Virus record (IMG/VR): IMGVR_UViG_3300026897_000030
Span: 1-58,150 of that record
DNA from: a virus
Taxonomy: Duplodnaviria > Caudoviricetes
DNA length: 58,150 nt
Reading direction: 5' to 3' (one strand)
The position numbers were made by a program, and so were the translations under genes. The notes under the pieces are model-generated. The model was not told the origin of the DNA and did not search any database. It saw nothing but the letters and a program-made list of their open reading frames with translations. Shown piece by piece: positions 45,893 to 56,200 of the stretch; the first letter of the stretch is position 1; every line of letters starts with the position of its first letter.

Positions 45893-46330
45893 ATGATCAT
45901 GTTCAACATCCCAGAGCACGCCGCTATGGTTGCTGCCGCAGCTGGGTGTACGTTGCAGAAGCATTACACCTGCATCGGCCGGGTGCGCGGCCGCCGGCTC
46001 CTCGGCGGGGTCATCCTCCAAAATTTTAACGGCGCCAGCATCTCTATGCACTTTGCCGGGTTTTCGCCCACGTGGATCAACCGCAAAATGTTATGGATGA
46101 GCTTTGACTACCCTTTCAATCAACTCGGCTGCAACGTTACTCTGGCTGTTACCCGGTCGGGTAACATCAAAGCGCTTGAGATTATTAGAAAATTAGGGTT
46201 TATAGAAATGACGCGTATTCCGCGCGCGTTCGTCGACGGTGACATGATCATCAGCGCGATGGCACGTAGCCAGTGCCGGTGGCTTGAACTTAAGCCAACG
46301 ATCGAGGGCAGCAATGTTCGACAAGAGTAA
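45893..46330 (+). CDS. GNAT-fold acetyltransferase-like virion assembly protein
   Basis: FDYPFNQLGC.......GN.KAL...RKLGF. Confidence 0.75.
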   Translation: MIMFNIPEHAAMVAAAAGCTLQKHYTCIGRVRGRRLLGGVILQNFNGASISMHFAGFSPTWINRKMLWMSFDYPFNQLGCNVTLAVTRSGNIKALEIIRKLGFIEMTRIPRAFVDGDMIISAMARSQCRWLELKPTIEGSNVRQE

Positions 46331-47441
46331 CCAGGCTCCGGCACCACCCGATTACTCGGGGATTATTTCCAACCAGCTAAAGCTTGGCCAGGAAGCCTTG
46401 AAGCTCCAGAAGGAGCAGCAGGACTGGGCGCGCAACGCGTATGCTGAAGACAAGGCCGTCACCGACAAGGTGGTCGGTGCGTTACTCGACAATCAGGCCA
46501 TGGCCACGGAATGGGCCAAAGCAGACCGCGCCCGCTACGAAGAGATTTTTCAGCCGCTTGAGGATGACCTCGCACGCGAGGCGCAGGAGTATGCTTCGCC
46601 GGAGCGCAAAGACCTGGAGATGGGGCGCTCGCAGGCGGCCGTAGGCCAGCAGTTCGACGCCGCCCGGCAGGCTTCCCAGCGCCAGCTCGAGTCGTTTGGC
46701 ATCAACCCTGGTGCTACGCGCTACGGCGCGCTCGACATCTCACTAAGGGCTCAACAAGCCGCCACTTCTGCCGCCGCCGGAAACCAAGCGTCTCAGATGG
46801 TAGACGCGACCGGTCGCGCGCTGCGATCGGAAGCCATCAATGTTGGTAAGGGTTACCCCAGCCAGGTGTTGGCCGCGTCCGGACAAGGTAATCAGGCGGG
46901 TACGGGGGCTGTTAACTCTTCGCTGGCGGACACCGCGAGCGGTGCTAACACTATGGGTACGGGTAAGGACTGGGCAGGTGTCGCCGGCAATGCTTATTCA
47001 GGCGCCGCCACGACGCAGAACATGGCGTATACAAATGCACTCAACCAGACCAAGGTCAACAACGAGGCAGGGGGCTCCGGCATTGGGGCGTTGGCTGGCC
47101 TCGGCGCCAGCATGTTCCTTGGTGGGACAAAACCATGGATCTTCGCCTCGGGCGGCGGTGAAGTGCCTGATTTTGAAGGCGGGGCCATCCCTGTTGAAGC
47201 AAGTCCAAGCGGTGGCCGCAATGTTGATGACGTTGAAGCCCGACTCTCGCCCGGCGAGTTTGTCTTGCCGGCCGACACAGTCAAATGGATGGGGTTGAAA
47301 AGTCTTCATGGCCTCATCAACAAAGCCCGTGAAGACAAGGCTAAAGCTGAGCAGGAGTCCGGTGCTATTCCCGATGTGCGCATGCCGCCTAAACAAATGC
47401 AGGGTAGCGCTGGCCGCCCCGGCGCACTACCTCTCCAGTAA
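46314..47441 (+). CDS. Internal virion / DNA ejection protein
   Basis: Ala/Gln-rich helices, GINPG..RY, C-terminal DDVEARLSPGEFVLPAD. Confidence 0.7.
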   Translation: MFDKSNQAPAPPDYSGIISNQLKLGQEALKLQKEQQDWARNAYAEDKAVTDKVVGALLDNQAMATEWAKADRARYEEIFQPLEDDLAREAQEYASPERKDLEMGRSQAAVGQQFDAARQASQRQLESFGINPGATRYGALDISLRAQQAATSAAAGNQASQMVDATGRALRSEAINVGKGYPSQVLAASGQGNQAGTGAVNSSLADTASGANTMGTGKDWAGVAGNAYSGAATTQNMAYTNALNQTKVNNEAGGSGIGALAGLGASMFLGGTKPWIFASGGGEVPDFEGGAIPVEASPSGGRNVDDVEARLSPGEFVLPADTVKWMGLKSLHGLINKAREDKAKAEQESGAIPDVRMPPKQMQGSAGRPGALPLQ

Positions 47442-47456
47442 TCTTGGAGGGTAACG

Positions 47457-48077
47457 ATGATTTCGAAGTGTGGGTGTGATCTTACGACGGAAGAAGGGCG
47501 ACAGGCGTACGTTGAGAAACGCAAGCAGGAGCGGGCTGAGCGCGTTAAAGCACAGTTAGAACACAACGCCACAAAGGCTAGACACCGTAGGGCCTATAAT
47601 AAGGATCATATGAAGGCTTTTTCCAGGGAGCGTTACAACAGACACCGAAAAAGGATTTTACAGGAAAAGAAGGATAAGTACTGGGCCGACCAAGAAGAAG
47701 CATTGGAACAAGCGCGACGAAGGTATAAAAAATACTCGCTGACTTGGAAGCGGGGCCTTTTACGGAAAAAGTATGGTATATCCATTGAACAGAAAAATGA
47801 GTTGGTAGCTGCTCAGGACCATAAATGTGCAATTTGTGAAAGAGACAACCCAGCAGCTAAAGATTGGCACGTCGACCATGACCACAACAAACATAAGGGT
47901 GAGCCGGGTTTTATTCGTGGTATTCTCTGCCACCACTGCAACACTGCGTTAGGCGGTTTCCGCGACGACCCGGATATCCTCCGGAAGGCTATTCAATACT
48001 TGGAAGACGCTGCAAACACAGATAGAGTTACCCGACAAGGTAACAAACACCACCCAGGCGCAACACAATGGCTGTGA
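47457..48077 (+). CDS. Endonuclease VII-type HNH endonuclease (copy 5)
   Basis: KYGIS...QDHKCAIC...WHVDHDH...[13 protein letters not shown]; lower GC. Confidence 0.9.
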   Translation: MISKCGCDLTTEEGRQAYVEKRKQERAERVKAQLEHNATKARHRRAYNKDHMKAFSRERYNRHRKRILQEKKDKYWADQEEALEQARRRYKKYSLTWKRGLLRKKYGISIEQKNELVAAQDHKCAICERDNPAAKDWHVDHDHNKHKGEPGFIRGILCHHCNTALGGFRDDPDILRKAIQYLEDAANTDRVTRQGNKHHPGATQWL

Positions 48078-49795
48078 ACCTAAGCAAGGAAGTTTCAGAG
48101 TTCATCGCGGCGTTCAAAGCCGGCAAGGCCATGTTCTCCACGACGGAAGAAGATTATAAAAAAGCGAAGACAAAGCTCCTTCAGGCACAGGCGGCAAATG
48201 CCAGTGACCCCGAAGCACAGAAGTTGAACAAGGATGTGTTGCGAGCACGCATCGCGGCGAGCAATCGTACCGGTGCCGATGTCGGAGGTGTGCGGGCGAG
48301 CCAGGCAGAATTTTATCGGGCCCGCACCGAGGGTGAGCGCCAGCGCCAGCGGCTGATTGACCAGCAGTCGGCTGCCCCTGCGGTCGACCCAGCCCTTGTA
48401 CAGGGGGCCGAGCAGTTCAGGGCGCCACAACAAGCGGGTGCCATCCCGACCGACCCTACCGCTGACCCTAACCTCACTTACGGGTACAGCCGCGGCGGGG
48501 CCGTGCCCCACTACGCCGATGGCGGGTACGTCGAAGAAGACGATGACACCGATGGCGGGGGGGCAGATGTTGCCCCCGAACCTGACATCGAGGATGATGC
48601 ACCGGAAGCCAGTGGTGCCCTCGAAGTATCATCTCAGAGCCGGCAACGTGGCTACGCACCTCAGGCCGCTCACGACGCCGTGCTTGACGCATTGAAGCGC
48701 GGGCAAAAGGCTTACGGTCTGGACGGCGCAGTTGCCTCCAACCCGCGCGGTGCGCGCGACTACGTGTCAGGGAAGGGGGCATACACGCCGGCGGAGTATC
48801 AGGCTGTTTCCCGTGCGATCGACCCTGAGAACAAGTTGCCTGTGGGCCAGCGCAACCTGAAGATCCTCGGCGCCATGTACCAGTACCATCTCGGCAAGGG
48901 TGATCTGGAGAAGGCACAGCAAGCTGCGATGCGCCTCACGCAGTTTTATCGTATCGCGTCTGCAAGGTTCAGCGCCCTTGCCGCTACGGCCGCGCAGGAC
49001 GGCAACCTGGACGAGGCGGCCAAGGCTGCCGCTCAGGCGTTCGGGTTTATCCCCAACGGGCAAGATCTCAAACTGACCAAGAGCGGTGACGGCAAGCTGT
49101 CCTACACCGTTACCGATGAAAACGGCCGGCAGGTCAGTAAAGGCATCATGAGCGCTGAGGAGCTCGTGGCCGCTGCATCCCGCATCAACTTCGACGAGAT
49201 GATCACGAATGCAGCCGGGCAGCGTGCAGCTGGCGGTGGCGGTGGCTCTAAGGGCAAGTCGAAAGAGCCGGGTGTGCGCAAGCTGACCGATCGGGATGAA
49301 GCTGTTGGAGCGATTAACAGTTTCGTCGAGGGGTCAAAAGCAACCAAACTTGATCCAGGTACTGCGGAGCAGACTAAGTTTGCCGCTTCTCAATTGTTGA
49401 GTGCCAATGACATTGATGCTCGTACAGCGCTTAGTGTTGCTGTTGGCATCGCCAATGGGCAGGAAGGTTATAATCTGAAGATGGGCGAAGGCGACGGGAC
49501 AATTACGACCCCAGAGGGACGTCGCGTGCGCATGAGCCAGGATGCGTTGGACAACCTAATCGCTCTACGTGCGACAACTAGGCGGGCAAGGGAGAAGACC
49601 GCGGCCGAAGGTAAAGCCAAGGCCGAGCGTGAAGAGAAGCGGCAGGCGTTGAACAAGCAGGTCGAGGAAGCGACCTCCGCCTCGAGCTTGCGGCGGACTA
49701 ACAACAAGCCGACGCGCACCGAGACGCTGCGTCAGCACTTTGGTGCACTGCCACTCGATGAAGAGGAGAACAAGGTTGTTGCTGGTGGGGTCTAG
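48068..49795 (+). CDS. Internal virion / ejection protein
   Basis: 575 aa, Ala-rich, GGAV.HYADGG motif, located before the giant protein. Confidence 0.65.
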   Translation: MAVNLSKEVSEFIAAFKAGKAMFSTTEEDYKKAKTKLLQAQAANASDPEAQKLNKDVLRARIAASNRTGADVGGVRASQAEFYRARTEGERQRQRLIDQQSAAPAVDPALVQGAEQFRAPQQAGAIPTDPTADPNLTYGYSRGGAVPHYADGGYVEEDDDTDGGGADVAPEPDIEDDAPEASGALEVSSQSRQRGYAPQAAHDAVLDALKRGQKAYGLDGAVASNPRGARDYVSGKGAYTPAEYQAVSRAIDPENKLPVGQRNLKILGAMYQYHLGKGDLEKAQQAAMRLTQFYRIASARFSALAATAAQDGNLDEAAKAAAQAFGFIPNGQDLKLTKSGDGKLSYTVTDENGRQVSKGIMSAEELVAAASRINFDEMITNAAGQRAAGGGGGSKGKSKEPGVRKLTDRDEAVGAINSFVEGSKATKLDPGTAEQTKFAASQLLSANDIDARTALSVAVGIANGQEGYNLKMGEGDGTITTPEGRRVRMSQDALDNLIALRATTRRAREKTAAEGKAKAEREEKRQALNKQVEEATSASSLRRTNNKPTRTETLRQHFGALPLDEEENKVVAGGV

Positions 49796-50202
49796 AGTTG
49801 GGAGATGAGTGATGAGCAGCTCGGTATGTCTAATTCTTTCACCGAGCGCGCTTTGCCCTTCCCAGCGACCACGGCAACACTCCAGATACGGAATTTGAAA
49901 GCTTCAAGGCTTTCTTTCTGATCCCTGGTGTTCCTGTATTTTTGAATGTGGTCTTCAATCTGGACTGTGGCCTTAGTGGCCATACGATAGTAGGTCTCCC
50001 ACAGAGTATCTAAGTTTAGTTTTGCGAGTCCAAAGATGACGGCACAGTTGAATAATTCCTCGACGTGTTTGACCGCTTCTTGTGGTCTCACATATGAGAG
50101 ACGGCGCTCTTCATCTCTGTCTTGCGCAAAGGTAGCTGAACTCAAAACCGTGGGGATGGCGACAAGGGCGACTAAAAGTATGCGGTGCATGTACCCACCC
50201 AA
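49792..50202 (-). CDS. Moron-like exported protein on the opposite strand
   Basis: Signal peptide MHRILLVALVAIPTVLSSATFA; lower GC; convergent with the upstream virion gene. Confidence 0.6.
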   Translation of the reverse strand: MGGYMHRILLVALVAIPTVLSSATFAQDRDEERRLSYVRPQEAVKHVEELFNCAVIFGLAKLNLDTLWETYYRMATKATVQIEDHIQKYRNTRDQKESLEAFKFRIWSVAVVAGKGKARSVKELDIPSCSSLISQL

Positions 50203-50248
50203 TGTTGCAACAAGTGTTACAAACTAATAACGCACTAGAGTAGCGTCA

Positions 50249-53200
50249 ATGGCAGAGTGGTCCCCGAGTAAGGTTTCGTCCGAGGAAGAAGATCGCTCTG
50301 AGGAAGCCGGCGTTGGGTATGCTGACTGGGCGTCAAGCATTGGCGTCGGAGCTGCACAAACCAACAAAATGCTGTCCAGCGCGGCACGCTGGTTGGCTGA
50401 GTATCGTGGGGATGAGGCTTCGGAAAAGCGGTGGAAAGCTGAAGCCGAACTTGCCGACATGACGCGCGAGGACCGCGTGGCTGGCATGTCGGAGATTGGC
50501 CGACGCCGGCTCCAGGCTGCTGTTACGTCTGAAGAGTTTTGGAAGGCACCCGGAAGCGCCACCATACTCAAGGCCCTGAACATGACGCCGCAACTGGCGG
50601 CAAGTGTCGTGCCGGCTGTCATGTTCCCGGGTGCTGGCGGATTGGTCGGCGCTGCCGCGATCGGCGGTGGCATGACAGCGGCGGACGTGGTCGACAACAT
50701 CTATGAGAAAGTCGATAACGCGACCGATGACGACCTGAAGAACGCATCGCCGTTTTACGCCGAACTGCGTGAGATGGGGCTGGATGAAACCGCTGCCCGT
50801 CGTAAATACACTGCTACGATCCGTGGATATAAACCAGCTGTCGCGTTTGCCGTAGGAGCACTGACGGCTGCAACTGGCGTCGCGGGGCAAGCGTCCCGTG
50901 TTGCAGGTGGTGGCGCTGCCGCCCTCACCGGCGCCGGCCGCGGTCGCCTTGCCAATGCAGCACGAGCCGCCGGCGAGGGTGCAGCATCTGAGTTCGTTGA
51001 GGAAGGCACCGGCAACGCGCTGACCCAAACTGCGCTGATGGAGGGTGGGCTCCAGAAGGAGTTCAATACCCGTGAATTTATCGACGCGTCGCTGGAAGGC
51101 GCGCTCCTTGGCGGTGTGCTGGGCGGTGGCGTTGGGGCTCTGTCGAAGGGGGCCTCTAGCAAGCAGGCGACGGCTCCTGAGATTGAAGTCGTTGAGCCAA
51201 ATACACCGAACGCTGCGGAAGCAGAAGCGCTCAAGGCCTCTAGCCCACCGCCGGCTGCCCAGCCCACGCCTGATCCCATTGCGCCCGAAGCTACCCCCGA
51301 AACTGGATTGGAGCCGACCAATGAAGCGTCCATGGCACCAGCCACCGAACTGGCGTCACCGCCAATCCAGCCCGACATTGCCCCAGCAGGTGTACCTGAC
51401 GCCCCGGCAGCTGCCGTGGACAGTGCGCCGGCAATTCCTGATGCTCAGGCTGAAACGGTTTCTCAACCGGCTGGCACCCTGGATGCGCCTACTGCCGATG
51501 TAACCCCACGAGGTAACATTGCGCCTGAGGTTGCTGCGCCGATCGCCGCGCCTGAAGTAGCCCCGGCGCCGGCAGAAAAGGCCCCCAAAGCCGCCAAGGC
51601 CAAGAGGGCATCGAAGAAGCTCGCCGAGCAGAAGGTCGCGCCAGCGCCAGCCGTTGCGCCCGCGCCGGCCCCCGTGGCGGCGACCGAAGGTCCGCGCGTG
51701 CTCCAGGTCACCACCCCCGAGGTCGAGGCGGCGACGAAAGCTGCGAACGAGAAGATCGCCCAGAACATCGCCCAGACCGAGAAGGAGCTCGCCGGCCCGC
51801 AAGGCGAGAAGATGGGTAAGGCCAAGCGCGCTAAGAAAGACGCCGACGCGCAGGCCGCCAAACAGATCTTCGACGAGTCGCCGAGTGAGCTGAAATACCC
51901 CGAGACCAAAGAGGCCAAGGCAACACTCAAGAGCGAGCTCGCGGCCATCCTCGAGAAGGCCAAGGCGGCAGACATCAAGATCCCGACCAAGGTCGGCTAC
52001 GAGACCACGGCCGATCACATCGTTTGGCTGCGGGAGGTGCAGACCCTGCACGACAAGCTGGGGTCAAAGTCGTTCGTCGGCTCCCGCGCCCGTGACCACA
52101 TCACTGCGTTCCTCGCGCGCACCGCTGCCGCCAAGGGTGGCGATTTCAGCGTGATGCGTTCCGAGCGTCGCACGGAAGGTGAGGCCGCCAAGCGCCGCGA
52201 TCAGGGCAGCGTCGAAGCCAAGGCTGCGCCGACCACGCCTACCGAGGCTCCGACCGGCGATTTCGTCGAGATGCCACAAGAGGCAACCAAGCTGGAAGCC
52301 GACGCCGTATCGACGTCGGTTGGTAAGTCCGCGCGCGGAGCGGTGCGGGGGCTGGACGACGCTGCCGAGGAGCGCGAGGTCCGCACCAAAGACGGCAAGG
52401 TCGAGAAGGTTGAAGGTGCAAAGGCGGCCAGCAAAGGCAAGGTGCTGAGCGCGGAGGAGAAGGCCGAGATCGCCCGCAAGCTGGGGCTGCCGGTCACTCC
52501 GCCCGAGCGCCAGACGCCGGTCGACAAGCGCAAGGCGCTGGATGCGGTGCCGGAGACCGCCGGCATGGCGTTCAACCGCGCTGCCCGGCAGGCCGACACC
52601 AACCCAACCGAAGCGCAGAAGAAGGCCGGGAATTACGCGAAGGGCCATGTCCGCGTGCAGGGCTTGGACATCGCGATCGAGAACCCGCAGGGCACCCTAC
52701 GCCGCGGCAAGGACCGTGGTGGCAAGGAGTGGTCGGTGCGGATGCCGGCGCACTACGGCTACATCAAGCGCACCGCCGGCGCCGACGGTGACCAGGTCGA
52801 CATCTATGTCGGGCCCGCGCGCGACTCCGACCGCGTGTTTGTGATCGACCAGGTCGACACTAACACCCGTGCTTTCGACGAGCACAAGGCCATGGTGGGC
52901 TTCCGCGACGCCGACCACGCCCGCTCTACCTACGTCAGGGGTTTCTCCGACGGGCTCGGGCACAAGCGCATCGGTGCCATCACCGAAATGTCGATGGACG
53001 AGTTCAAGCTGTGGCTGAAGAACAGTGACACCAAGAAGCCACTGCGCGATGACACAGTTGGTACGCGTGAGTTGTCGGACCAGCAGATCTTCGATGAGTT
53101 GGACCGCTTGTCAGCTTCGTTCGAGGCCATGACCGACGATCAGACGTTGTCGGAACATGAAAAGGCGAAAAAGTACGCACGGATGGCTACCACTCTCGGG

Positions 53201-56200
53201 GAGGCGCTAGGCGCTGCTGAGAGTGATATGACGGCAGAATTGAGGAATGAGGCAGGCGCACAGTGGCGACTGATGGAAGCCCTGTATCCACAGCTGCGAA
53301 AGAAGGTCGCAAGCGTTGCCGGTGACGTCCCGGTCTACCTCCTGGATCCGGAAGACTACGCGCGGGTCGTTGGACAGGACTTCGCAGGCAGCTCCGGTGT
53401 TTATGTCGGCAAAGAGCACTTCATTGCCCTTAACAACAAGGACACGTCCGGTGCCGGGTTGGCGCACGTCGTGCTGCACGAGGGCGTTCATGCTGCATTC
53501 ATGAACGCAACCTGGAGCAACGATAAGCTGCGCGGAATGGTCTACATGATGGCGCAGGAAGCCTACGCCGCCGCGGACGAAAATACGCGCAAGATGTACG
53601 GGTTCACGAACCCCGACGAGTTCATCGCTGAGGCTTTTTCAAACCCAAACTTCCAGATGCACCTGGCGCGGGTTCAGGCATCGCCGGAGCTCATTAAGCG
53701 GGCCGGACTGGATACCGGTCGTTGGTCTATGTGGGACGCGTTCCTGTCGCTGGTTGCGAGGGCGCTGGGGCTGCCGCACGTCCATAAGACGCTCCTGCAC
53801 GCTGTGATGCGGGTCGGTGCCCGGCTCGAAGCCGAAGCGATCATCAACACCGGTGCATTGACAGACGAGCAGGCCATAGGCCGCAATGCTGAACTTTGGG
53901 CCATCCCGTTTGTCGACCGCGGGGCTCCCAATGTTACCGCGGCACTGAACTCGGTGCAGGCGCATTTGGGCGAGACGGTCGGTGAGCTGCTGAAGCGGCC
54001 GGAGATGCAGGAGCAGCGGGCAACCCCCTTGCTCATGAAGCTGCGCACGATGGACCAGATCGCGCAGGTGGCGGGGCGTTACTTCCGCGGTAACAACCCC
54101 GTTCGCAAGATCGCCGACATCATCGAGAAGCGCCGCATTGCCGCGCACAGCCACCTGATGAAAAGCGAGAAGGTGGTCGCCAAACTGTTCGAACTCGAGC
54201 GCAAATACGACAAGGTCGTCATCGGCAAGGACAAGGATGGCAACGACATCACGCAGTGGGAGGAGTTCACCTCGCTCGTGCATGACGAGACCATGGCGAA
54301 CGTCTTCGCCGATCGCGACCTGAAGGCGAACAAGCACCTCGGTAAGGACACGCTGTCGAGCACCTGGTCGAAGGCGCAGCACGCGGCCCTCCGGGCGCGC
54401 TGGGCGAAGCTGCCTGCCGACCTGAAGCAGGCCCGCGTCGAGGCCATGCAGTTCTTCACGGACCAGCAAAACGAGATGTCGCTGGGCATCATCAAGAACC
54501 GGGTGCTTGCCGCGCTCGGCATCAAAGATGATGCGCTGGCGCTCCGGATCCATACCGACACGCTGACCCCGGCCGACGAGGCGACGCTGGGCGACTCGCT
54601 GAAGGTGATCCAGCAGGCCAAGGAGCTGGCCAAGATCAAGGGGCCTTACTTCCCGCTGATGCGCCGCGGCGAGCATGTCGTGCGCGCCACCTACAAAGTT
54701 ACCCCGCCGGGTAACCAGCCGGCCGGCGTGCGCTTCACACAGTCGGCGCCGAACGTGTTCGAGTTCTCGATCGACCCGGCTGCCGCGAAGTCGACCAAGA
54801 TCAGCGTGCGCCGCGCCGCCCGCGCCTGGGCCGCCAGCCAGAAGATCCGTGCCGACGTCCGGTCGGTATGGGTGGATAGGAACACCGGCAGCGAGTGGGT
54901 GAAAGACCCGACGACCGGCAAGGACATGCGGATCACGTCGAAGGACATCGACGCTGAGCAGCGCTACCGCGTCACCGTCCAGGACGAGCATGTTGAGTTC
55001 TTCGAGACCAAGAACGAGGCGCTTCGCGCGGCTGCCGACCTGGAAGCCTCGGGCGAGTTCGCAGAGGTGAAGGGTGTCGAGCCGCGCAAATACGAGTCGG
55101 CGGGCCGGCAGGGCGACATGCTGTCGGGCCAGATGCGGCAGCTGGTGGACTCGCTGAAGAAGCGGAAGGGCTACCGCGGCATGACGCAGGCCCAACAGCA
55201 CGAGCTGATCAGAGCGCTCAATGAGGCGTCGATCCGCTTCTTGGGCTCGACCCGCATCCAGTCGAAGCACCTGCCACGCCGCTACGTGGCGGGCGCGTCC
55301 AGCGACCTGACCCAGAACAGCCTCGAATATGCGGCGTCCACCGCAAACTACCTCGCCAAGCTGGAGCACATGCCTGAGCTCTACAAGGCGATGCAGGAGA
55401 TGGACGACGCGCTCGACGCCGACAAGAACAAGGAGGCGTCGTACGGGCGCCGGGCGATCGCCAACGAGATCCACGAGCGCGTGGAGAGCGAGACTGGCTT
55501 CACCGAGAATGACAAGTTCTCGGGCGTGACCAAGCGCCTGATGACGGTGTCGTTCCTCGATAAGCTGTTCTCGCCAGCCTACAACATCATCAACTCGCTC
55601 CAGCCCACCATGGTCACGTATCCGGTGCTGGCGGCGCGTTATGGTGCCGGCCGGACGTTCGAGGTCATGAGCAAGGCCTACAGCGACATCGCGGCATTTG
55701 ACGTGGTGAAGAAGGGCCTTAAGAACACCGTCGCCCGCGCCAAGGGCGACATCAACCCGTCGGACTTCATTTCGGACCTGAAGGCCAAGATGAAGACCCC
55801 GGGTGAGCGGCAGATGATCGACTACCTGCTCGAGCGGGGCGCGATCGACCCTGACTCTGGCCTCGAGCTCGCGCAGTTCATCAAGGCGAAGAAGGGCGCG
55901 CTCGGCAAGTTCGACAAGGGGGTGTCCTATATGGAGGGCATCGCCCGCGAGATGCCGCGCGCGATCGAAACCATCAACCGTGCCGTCACGGCGCTGGCAG
56001 CGTACCGGCTGGAGATGCAGCGAACCGGTGACCAGCAGCGGGCGATGGAGCGCGCGCAGGAGGTGGTCAACAACACCCAGGGCCTTTACTCGAACACGAA
56101 CGCGGCGCCGATCTTCAACCACCCGCTCGGCAAGCTGTCGCTCCAGTTCAAGAAATACGGCCAGATGATGTATTATCTGCTCGGCCAGCAGATCGGCAAA

